Position numbers and translations under genes: made by a program
Part shown: one piece after another, positions 39,468-50,441 of the stretch
Numbering within the stretch: position 1 is the first letter of the stretch
Layout of the letters: each line of letters begins with the position of its first letter
Origin: Octopus vulgaris
Lineage: Eukaryota
Direction: 5' to 3'
DNA: 64,000 bases
NCBI GenBank assembly: GCA_951406725.2
Contig: OX597821.1
Coordinates: 78,368,001-78,432,000 of the forward strand
The notes under the pieces: generated by a model
Told to the model about the DNA's origin: nothing
Seen by the model: the letters and a program-made list of their open reading frames with translations, nothing else
Database searches by the model: none

Positions 39468-41803
39468 ATGTGTATGTTTGTGTGTGTGTGTGTGTTTGTG
39501 TGTGTTTGTGTGTGTGTGTGTTTGTGTGTGTGTGTGCGCGCGCGTTTGTGCATCTATATAGTGAGAAAAATAGAAAGTGAAAGAGGGGAAAGAAAGAGAG
39601 AAAGAGAGAGGGATAGAGAGAGAGGCTTATTGTGAAGTTGAATTAAAGGGAGGGGTAATGTTCTATCGGGAAGTGAGAGTTGATAACAAAGATTCACCCT
39701 GAGTGAAACCGCTTACAACTGTAAGCATATGACGAGAGTTCACACGTGCAGGACGGTTATTGAAGCAGCTATCAAAATTGTTGAAATAACATTTATAATT
39801 ACGAAACAAATATCAAATATAGTAGCTTAAAAATTGTTAATTAAGATGAATACTGAAATTGATGAAGGTATTTTCTAGAAAATAAACTTGCAAATAGAAA
39901 ATGCAATGAAATTTACTGATTCAGAATGGGAAAATAGAGAGAAATTACGAAATATTATTATCTGTTAACAAATTGTCAGAAAGAAATTGTTAGAGAGAAA
40001 TTTAGAAAATTTGAAAAGTGATGACACAGATATTAAAAAAAATGTTAAAGTTAGTTAAATTCTTATTGATTAGTGGATAAAAATATCTCGTGGTATTGAG
40101 ATTATCCAAATACACAAGTACAATGTCTGACTGGAGATTATAAGCAGGATTGGCGTCATACCAGAATACAAAACAAACCATTCCTTCATTTCATCGATAT
40201 CTAAATCTACTTTATATGGCTTTACAACACCTTTTTCCACAGCATTAACAAACAAATCTCCCGAATATATAATAAAAATAATCAAACTGAAGGCGTCAAT
40301 ATACAATAAAAGCTGCAGATATCTCCGTTAGCAAATGTAGTTTGTTCTGATTGGTTTATTTGTGAACGTTGTTGGACAGACATGAATATTGATTGTTAAA
40401 CTATATAACGAAGCTTATGGCAAGACCAGCAACTTTCACATTAAAGCTTTCTGGATAGCAAAAAGAAACAAAAAAAAAAACATACGACATCAAAATGAAG
40501 ACTTTGCTTAAGAACAATTATATAACTTGGCGATAATTTCAAGAATTGGAGGAAAAGCAAATTCAAGTCTGTCGCATTAATTTACAAGGGTGGAATAAGA
40601 TTGGTACGTTTATCAAAATTGGACAAAAGAAAAAGAAAAAGTTGTTGAAATCTCAATTAAATCTAAGGTTTGCTTCGAAAGTCTGTAGCAACAGTGATTC
40701 TTAAAGGTAAGTTGAATCAATATTAATATGGATTGGACGAGAGATAACAACGAAAATTGCCTTTACAATCCCATATTTTAGACACTACTGTAACTGCCCC
40801 ATGTCTGCATTACGTTAGATACACCATTGTAATTTCAAGAGAGAAATGGTGGTAGGATGAGCCTGATGAAATCGTAAGAAGGATGGATAATAAATTTCCT
40901 TGAAAATACATGACAAGAATTCGAACCAAACAACTACAACTTTTCTCCGTGCGAAAGTGTAACTTTGTAAATATGTAAGAAATCCTTATTCTTTCCAGGC
41001 AATGAGTAATTTCCTAAAACATATTGAACAGAAATTTTCAACATCAGCAATAACAATAATACAAAGGTTATTGAGATTATTATAATTTGGAAATTGTTCA
41101 GGAGTTAGTGAGAATCTGAGTAAAATATTTCCATTGAGAATATAAAGTTGTCCGCATCTAGATATGAACTGACACAATACTACAAATAATGTCCAATTTC
41201 TTCTTTCTTGTTACCTTCTATGTTTTCGGTTCTTATTGTTTTTGTTAATGCAAGCATCATTTCACTACAACAACAACTAGAAGACTGTTTTCACAAAGTT
41301 GGGCCACATCACTTCTATATCACAGTATTTGACATGTTGCTTCAGGATCCAGATGTAAAGACATACAGATGTGAGAGACATCATACAAACTGTCGCTCAA
41401 ACAGTGATTTTCTTCTCAGAAAGTAATCATTTCTTTCTGATAATTCGTTTTCTGATTTTGCTGACATTGGATATTCTGATATCAGAATCTGCTCAACTTC
41501 ATCTTTTGTTCATAGGTCATATTATACATTCTTCATTTTGCACAGCTTACCAATTTCACGATTCCCTTGACTTGTTTTTCTAGACCCAATATTGCAGGTT
41601 CTTTAGTGAATTGTTGGAAACCTATCAAGTTCTGCCCTCGAGGTTAGACTAATTTCGTCGATGGTTGAAGCCATATTTTCCGATTTATATAAATACATTA
41701 AATATTTGACTGAAATGCCCCTGTGCTTATTTGTGATAGAGAGTTTATGCCCTTATGTTTAGTTGTGTGTGAGGGAGAGAGGCTGACAGACAGAATAATT
41801 GTG

Positions 41804-41870
<67 letters not shown>

Positions 41871-42167
41871 CATCATTTCTTTTTATCTCTCTAACTCTGT
41901 TTCTCTGGTCTTTCTCTCTTCCTCTTCCTTGCTTTCTCCCTCTATGTCTCTTTGCCTCTCATCCACCTTCCTGCATTTAACACGTTATATTTGGGTTACT
42001 TCTCAGCGCTATGAATCCTCTCTCTCTCTCACTCCGTGTCTGTCCCTCGTCTTTGCCACTTTGCTTCTCACTTCAATTGCTTTACAAGTGTTATTTCTTT
42101 CTTTTTACTTTCTCTTGTGAAGTAAACGTGAGACAGGTAGGTGAAAAAAAAATAATATGAATATTTA

Positions 42168-42216
<49 letters not shown>

Positions 42217-42895
42217 TATATTTCAAGTGTATATACGAAAACAGAGAACTCTAACCTTGTTATAGATAACTGTAGAGCGAAACCAATATCTTTAGCAAAT
42301 TTATTGCTTTAGCGAAAAACTCGGTTAATTCATTATCGATCTATCTATCATTGTATTCATACATAGATACATATGTACACACACACACACACACACACAC
42401 GCACATTTATATATACACACACAAGCATACACACACATATATGATAGCGTATCTGTATATATGCGTTCGATTTCCGAGGCGCCGGCATCGGACGCGCTTC
42501 CCCTCCGATCCGTCGTCGCGAATCGTCACCGTCGGGCCGGTAGGCGCGCGGCGTCCGCAGATCGCAGACGAGCATATATGTGTATGAGCATACGTCTATC
42601 TATTAAGGTTATACCCTTGTTCAATGCTCGTAAACGTCGCAACATTATACACGCACACTATGTTATCATGTTACCTCCTCTGTTGCTGCCGACGCCAACT
42701 ACTCCAACAAAAAAATAGTCAAAGAAATCAAATGGCAGCCTCTTTAAAAGAACAACACAAGAACAGTATAAGAAATCAAATGCCAATCCCTTTAACAGTT
42801 CCAAAACCTCCATCCCACTCCATCCATACATTGAAAGTAGTTTACCATCAAACCTCCGACCACAGCACATCCCTTGATACACGCAATGGCTACCA

Positions 42896-43753
42896 CGAGG
42901 GTTATCGCAAAAGTAAGGTCTCCAAAAATATTTAGTAATCACAGAAACGTTGATTGTCAATGATGCTTACATCATTTTAAAGTTTGAACATTTATCTATT
43001 TTTCTACATAATCGCCATTTCGGTCGTAACATATTTTTAGGCGCTGGGCAGTTTTTGTATGCCCAAGTTATACCAGCTCACCGCCATGTCGTTGAGAAAG
43101 CATTGAACCTCATCTTTCACTTCGTTTTCGTTGCTGAAGTGCGTTCCGGCCAAATGTTCTTCCAACTTAGGGAACAGATGGTAGTCACCTGGTGCTAAGT
43201 CCGGACTACAAGGTAGATTGCCGTTTATGGTCTTCTGTGAGCATTCGAGGTGCCAATCTCTCGCACACCTCCGGATATTGCAAATTTCCACTCTCAAACT
43301 TTATGGATGGTGCTTCGAGAGTGGTCCGCCAATTTTGACACAGGATTTGCTCAACCTCCACAACTGTCTCGTCGGAAATTGATGGTCACCCGCTTCTTTC
43401 TTCGTCATGAATTCCTGTTCGACCAGCTGGAAATTCCCCGCACCATTTGCGTACGTTTTTGACATCCATGCTCGACTCGCCATACACGTCCGTTAATTGA
43501 CAATGAATTGCAATCGGTTTAATGCCTTTTGCGTTCAAAAATCGAATAACTGCGCGAATTTTACACTTGGCTGTAGTGTCAATCGGGAGCTCCATCAGAT
43601 ACGGCTGTCAAGCCAAGACTGAGCGTGGCAGCGGGGCGCGCGCAGGGTCGGGCGCGGCCTAGGCACAACAAACACAACAGTGTTGCCAATAGCCGCACGC
43701 AGTTTCCCAACGTTTCCAGTGCTTTGAAAACCTTACTTTTGGGATTACCCTCA
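42896..43753 (-). mobile_element. Internally deleted mariner
   Basis: TIRs cgagggttatcgcaaaagtaagg / ccttacttttgggattaccctca; KCKIRAVIRFL...WC..F and SPDLAPGDYHLFPKL. Confidence 0.9.
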
Positions 43754-44204
43754 TATTAACACGCATGCTACGACAGACAGATAAGATGCTCTTGAAGACG
43801 AGAATCTGAGGCTAAGGAGACAATATTTAGATATTGCCTGAGGAAATACAACCGGATCACATAATGCAGGGAAACGATTACATAACGAAATACCTGCAAG
43901 CTTGGAGAGCTACTTTGCGTAGAAACAATTGCAGTGATTGCAAATAAATGACCAACCGTACTCTTTTTTCTTGTTGGCTCCAACTTATTCAGTTATGTAT
44001 TCACACACTACAGAAGCCCAAGGTCGAGTCCCGAAACACGTATAAGTATACTACTGGATAGCACCGGGGGAAATCTGAAGGTGGGCAAGCTTCATACTGT
44101 ACTCTGCTACGATCTTAACAGAAAATAACATAACTATATATATCCTTAAATCCTTAAAAATGTTTTAGCTCGAAGGCCGCGCGGCCATGCTGGGGCACCA
44201 CCGC

Positions 44205-44266
<62 letters not shown>

Positions 44267-44295
44267 TGTTTCTGTGTGTGTCTATGTGTATAATT

Positions 44296-44980
44296 GAATA
44301 GTACAATTGAGTCGTATTGCTTTCCAGTAAGCAGTAACAGTAAAACAAAGCACCATCAAGTTAAAGTATAAATATAGGATAGTGGTACAACAATGCACCA
44401 GTAATTACTGGAAAAAACAGTCGATAATATACGACGCTATAGTAAAACGTCACTGTGTATATATATATATACCGGCATAGTTGTTTGTGGGTGGTGGACA
44501 TATAAAAATTCATCTTACCTGTAGGAAATGCATTAAATAAATGTACAGCCCAGGTGTAGACAATCTAGGAGTTAGGTTTCAAACTTTCCAAATTTAGTTT
44601 GCTAACGTAAATTTGATTAGTTGTCTTCGTCTAGATTCACCTTGACAAAATTTCAAATGTCGCTACATCAAATGCCAGTATTACTCGTCTGAACGCCTGG
44701 CCATTAACAGACTGAGAACAGCGAAAAGGTTTTCAAAGAAAATAATTTATTAAATAGTGCAATACAGTATTATTGCTTCCCAGTAAAACAAAGCACCATC
44801 AGATTAAAGTATAACTATAGTATAGTGGTACAACAATGCAGTAATATATACTAGAAATAGCAGTCAATAATATACGACGCTATAGTAAAGGTTCACTGTG
44901 TATTTAATGTTCTTCCTACAGGTAAGTTGAATTTGTTTTATGTTCACCGCCTGCAAATATCTTTGCCAGTATACATATAT
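44296..44980. promoter_or_regulatory. Candidate bidirectional promoter / 5'UTR exon region with two homologous, oppositely oriented splice donors
   Basis: CCTACAG|GTAAGT on plus (exon end 44921) and CCTACAG|GTAAGA on minus (exon end 44519). 44296-44460 is a direct repeat of 44751-44903; 44461-44540 is an inverted copy of 44901-44980. Confidence 0.45.
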
Positions 44981-45535
44981 ATAAAATCCTTTCTGTCTGT
45001 CTGTCTGTGTGTGTGTGTGTGTCCTCTCTGATCTCGGGCATCCTCCATCCGATTGCGCTCAAATTTGATGTGTAGATACCGACGGTATCAGGGCGTGTAT
45101 AAGTCTTGAAAGAATTACAAAAATCGATTCCAGGTGAGAATGCCATCGATAAAGACGTATTTGTCCTGCTTTTCTTCCGTCAACCTGTACATAACTGCAC
45201 CTTCCAATATTTTGTTATTTTTGTACTGCTTAAAGGCACGTTTCTTCCCTACCAAGCTTACTGTTTAAACCATGTTTGTGTTCTCTCAATTAACAGCCTT
45301 ATCATTACTGGTACTTTAAACTCTTCGGTTGCATATTTGTGTGAATAAAATCGTTTTCCTTTGGAATAGAAAAAAGCCTATCTTTATTTCTTCTTTTGCT
45401 GGTGTCTCAAATTTAGGTTAAATCTGTGTTTCTCAAAGGTGAGGCCTATGGGACGGTCGGACAAATTGTTTTGAGAAAATTTGATTTAAATGTTTGACAA
45501 CTCAGCACCATCCATTGGACGGGGGCGTTTTGCTC

Positions 45536-45536
<1 letters not shown>
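44970..45536 (+). mobile_element. Non-autonomous Helitron-like element
   Basis: TATATAAAA-(tctg)n 5' signature; 3' hairpin ccatccattggacggg followed by degenerate CTCG end. Confidence 0.55.
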
Positions 45537-45569
<33 letters not shown>

Positions 45570-45574
<5 letters not shown>

Positions 45575-46685
45575 CTATTCCCAATTCCTCCGTCTACGCA
45601 GGCTCTGCAGTGACAGCCATGATTTTGAGAGACTCAGTCTCAACTCATGGTTCGCCACTTCACCCTACGTGGATATCCCCTCATCACTATCCACACCACC
45701 CTTGCCAGACCACGTTCCGTGGATCGTGCATCTGCTGTCTACCCCCACCCCACCCCGCCGTCACCCGTCTCCTGTTTTCCCGTCACTTACCATCCCACCA
45801 CCCTACCTCTCCAACGGACCATTCTCCGACCCTTCCGGCGACTCCAGTCTGACACCTCCACTTCGTACATCTTCCCAAACCGACCTCTCCCCTCCTTCAA
45901 ACGAGTCCCCAAAGTACTAGACCTGTTCGTCAACAGCCTCTTCGCGGCTCGTTCCCCTACTTCGGCCCACGTTGAGGCACTTGCCTCCAATACCACCCTT
46001 CAATACCACCCTTCTCACATGCACCCATCATCGACCCTATCATATCACTGACTCCTTCACCTGCACTACTAGCAACATCATCTACTGCATCTCCTGCTCT
46101 CACTGTCCTCCATACATCGGCCAAACGGGACGCCACTTGGCTGACTGGTTCGCCGAACACCTCCGAGACATCCGACTCGGCAACAACACCCCGGTCTCGC
46201 GCCATTTCTGCTCTGCCGGTCACTCTTTAGAACACCTGACTCTGTTCGGATTGTGCTTGCACAGGAGCCATCCAAACTCCCGTCTTCGCCGTTACCAGGA
46301 AATAATCTTCACTCTTCGCACCTTTGCCTCACATGGGCTCAACTCTCCTTCCCTCTTCATCTAACTCTGCTCCTCTCTTCCTCTCACACCTACTTGCTCT
46401 CACCCACCTCTCCTCTCTTGCTCTTCCACCTACCTCCTCTCTTCACTCATACCCACCTTCTCCCCTCTTCCATTCTTCCTAGCTCTCCTGTGTATCCCCT
46501 CTGTCCGGAATTCACCATGATCGATCGCTAGCTTCTAAACTTTTTTTTCTATTTTCTCTCCTTGTTTATTTCCCTGTTGAAGAGCGTAGGCTCGAAACGT
46601 AAAAGACCTTCTCACTTCCCGGGTGTTAAATTAAGACATCTGTTTGTTGTTTACACACCCGTCTTCGTCTTTTGTAAATTCTCAC
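45570..46685 (+). mobile_element. Penelope-like element (thumb, GIY-YIG, pLTR)
   Basis: ITDSFTCTTSNIIYCISCSHCPPYIGQTGRHLADWFAEHLRDIR...PVSRHF. Confidence 0.88.
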
Positions 46686-46735
<50 letters not shown>

Positions 46736-46856
46736 TATATAAGCATACATGCATATATCTATATATATATATATATATATATACATGCATATATATATAT
46801 ATTTCAGTAATATATATATATATGCATGTATATATATATATATATATATATATAAG

Positions 46857-46901
<45 letters not shown>

Positions 46902-46961
46902 ATACATACATATATAAGCATCTATATATATATATATTTCAGTAATATATATATATATATA

Positions 46962-47014
<53 letters not shown>

Positions 47015-47022
47015 CAGTAATA

Positions 47023-47350
47023 ATGAAGGCATCGACTGAATATCATACAATTCTGAAGGTACTGCAATGTTTGACAATTATGGTTTTCGTTATTCTCAAG
47101 ACTGTGGAACCGAAATACATGGAAACATTTTTTAAACAATTACCAAATCCAAGATGCATAAATGGTCGAATTGGTTTAAAGAATAAAACGGCTTCTGTCA
47201 TAGAATGCGCATTATATTGTATGTCCGACAATAGATGTGGCTATTTTAATTATTGCAATGGTGAGTGCATCATGTATAAGAGATGGTACGGCAGTGAAAT
47301 TGTAGATTATGATTGCAACTGTACATCCTATCTGATGCTTTATGGAAAAA
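47023..47350 (+). CDS. Gene B coding exon 1 (signal peptide + PAN/apple-like domain)
   Basis: tttcAG ending 47017, ATG 47023, donor GTGAGT at 47351; 328 nt; 8 Cys align without gaps to gene A. Confidence 0.92.
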
Positions 47351-50300
47351 GTGAGTACACCACAATTTTTGTTCTATACCATTTCCACCATTGTAATGTA
47401 CCTAATTAAGCACCTGAATATTGGGTGTCTCTCTTTCTTCTTCATTTTTTGTTTCAATTTGCACCCCGTTTCTGCCCCCTTGTATGTAAAAAGACTAAAA
47501 CATGACGCAAATATATCAGACTTTGCTTCTGTTTTTAATATGGAGAGCTTTGCGTTCATTTATTCAGGAAATTATATGGAAAGTATATGGACGTATTTTA
47601 TGGAAAATGAAATCAATTTGACAAAAACCCAGTTGAACATAATATCAGAACAAAATTTCTTTATCACTTTTTACTGGTTTCATCCATGTACTAGCTGTAA
47701 TTTGCCAGAAACACAACATACGTTAAAATCCTGACTGTTATTTAGAAAATCATATCTTGTTTTTCTTTCTTTTCTGTGATTGATATGCGATAAACTTACT
47801 CGTGCATACAATTGTTGATGGATTACTCATCAATTTAATGTAATAGATACAATATTTCACACATCGTAGAAATTCTACACACATACATAAGCCAAGCATT
47901 ATCTCCATACATAAAGTCGAGCGGTTTTCTACGAACAGACACCCTGAAAATATAACCAGAACACAATCATTAAACATAGCAAGTAAGATAATGTGATCAC
48001 AACAAAGCCATGAGAATTAACACCAATATTAATCTTCATAACTTCTGATTATCTCACGTATTTTCCGCATCCATACAGCATTGTGGAAACTACATCTGAA
48101 GTAATAGGTTTATTTTTCATTGTCTTCAAAATTGTGCATTCTTAGTGATGGTGATCGAAACCCACTTCAGTCCATTACTCAGCTATTCTGAGCGGCGTCG
48201 CTACTACGACAAAGAAATGATTTATATAACTACATTATTTTCCTACGCTTGCAATGTCTGAGAATCTAGCTATGTATCTAATTACCTAGATTTCTAGCAA
48301 AACGGTTAAACCTTCAAAGTAGCGACAAGTTCCAGGTATCAAAATCCATGCCACCCCACACCACGTGATAATTAGTGTAAAAATTTATATCAAACTTTAT
48401 AAATTCAAGGAGAGAGACATTATGCGGTCGGCCAACCTACTTGAAATATTGGACAAATCTTCCTAAAATCACATCCTGTTATCTTGATAAGATATCAGGA
48501 ACAACTTCTCCCAAAGGATTTCTCAAATAAGGTTGACTTAGTGTAGGGTTGATTATAACTATAAAACTGTTCTAGTATTTCGGTTGAATATCAAGTTTTA
48601 AAAAATATTCAAATTCTTCTACTCTTTTAATCCTTTATTTGTTTCAGTCATTTGACTGCGACCATGCAGGAGTACCGGCTTAAAGATTTTAGTGCAACAA
48701 ATCGACCCCAAGACTTAATCTTTATGAGCTTAGTACTTATTCTATCGATATCTTTATACCGAACATAAACACCCCAGCATCGGTTATTAGGCGATGGCGG
48801 GGGCGGGCAGTAAACAAACAAACACACACACACACACACATAAATATATATACGACGGGATTTTTCAGTTTCCATCTACCAAATCTACTCACAAGGCTTT
48901 GGTCGGCCCGAGGCTATAACTGAAGACATTTACCCAAGGTGCCAAGCAGTGCGAGTGAACCCAGAACAATGTGGATGGGAAGCCAGCTTCTTACCACACA
49001 GCCATGTCTACTTCTGGAACTAAAGCTAAAAAAAAATATCAAGATGAATCCTAGGAAAATTGTATAACAGATATTATAATTTCTAAACCAATGCAATAAT
49101 CTTCACTGCACTGTATATTAGTATATTTTCTTCAACATCTTAATAAAATTTGTTTAAAAATTCCGTGTAACCTTTTCCCTGCAGGACTTCTCGACCAGGG
49201 TTGTCATGGTGCTAAATAACAACAATAACGATGTTCCGGTATAAAAAATCTTAATAAAGTTTAATTACGAGTCTTCTTTACATTTGAAGTATTCCTTAAA
49301 GCATTCATTTTTATTTAATACTCATACAGGCACAGACTGGCAAAAAGTATTTGCAATGAAAAAAACTTCCTTTATAAGAAATCCTTTTTATTTACACTGG
49401 GACAGCATGCCTATTGCAAAGGTAATACGTTTTTAGTTTCAAAGTGATTGTCATTTAATAAACAGTCATCATATGTAATAATACTTTATGGTTTTATACA
49501 TTTGATTTTTAGAATTTTCTTCTTGTCCACATCGCAATGGCGTAAGTATTGCTGTTTGTGTTTGGTTGTTGCTGTTTAACCCAAGTGGTCAAAGGGATTC
49601 CAATCTTGAGATCCTCTCTTTTCGCTCATTACTTAACTTGATTATCCTCTACAACCATTTTATTTTTGTCAGAAAGCAAGATATAAGTAAAGTGCGGTTT
49701 GGCTGCTATTTCTGGCAAAGCCATCGACTACTTAAAGATTTATTGAGTCAAATGTGACTAAAAATGAAATCTTTAATTTACAATGTATCTCACATACACA
49801 CACTCATTCACAAACACAGAAACACGTGCATGTTGCACATATTTACAAATGTCTTATGGTAAGGTTTATTGTGTCTAGGGTGAGTCATTCTATTTTAATG
49901 CTCTTTTGATTAACATACTCACCAATTCGATTTCCACTCATTTATTTATTTATTCTTTTTCTAAAATTTCCGTTGCTTCTTGCAACTTCTGTAGACGTTG
50001 ACTCTGTCCGTTATCGGTTAAGTTTTTACGTATATAAGCTCAGCCGTACCTTTCATCGAATATACCTAAAAAGAATAGTGAACGATCGAGGAAGCCTCTA
50101 ATGGTCTTTAATCTACAGAAATAGTTGTTAAATCTACAATCGTATAAAAGATCTTGCACTCTTAAAAATAGAATAGGAGGGATCAATTGTATAAATTTTT
50201 CTTAGAAACGCTCTGGGTGCAAAAACAAGCTATATGGTCATGAGTGGAATGTCTTTGGTTATAAGTCAGATCAATGAGAGTTGTTCGGCTAAATAACCGG

Positions 50301-50354
50301 CAGGAAGAAAGAATATTAATATTCATTAAATTGTATTTCTCTATAACCAGCAGC

Positions 50355-50441
<87 letters not shown>

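Larger units (their letters stand above)
36250..41674 (-). pseudogene. Pseudogene D: decayed Toll-like-receptor-like gene with an apparent extra N-terminal TIR domain
   Basis: AAAATATGGCT start at 41674; TIR-like relics 41520-41140; TM IIIISITFVLLLLLML (~41085-41040); LRR-like NAVEKGVVKP and KFLSNNF; LRRCT PSCTCELSSY (39756-39727); TM IAFYITFTSLKVFLGIFTSSFLVSL plus RRKYRIA* (39345-39230); TIR-like YNFRLCDRSW and SHKYILFLFKN (36560-36390). Interrupted by microsatellites, a SINE and a Helitron-like element. Confidence 0.65.

Noticed and set aside
40985-41090. TM followed by SLPGKN, resembling Methuselah/adhesion GPCR TM1-ICL1
   Set aside because: The paralog reads SLARNN and no 7-TM series follows; downstream motifs are LRR/LRRCT.
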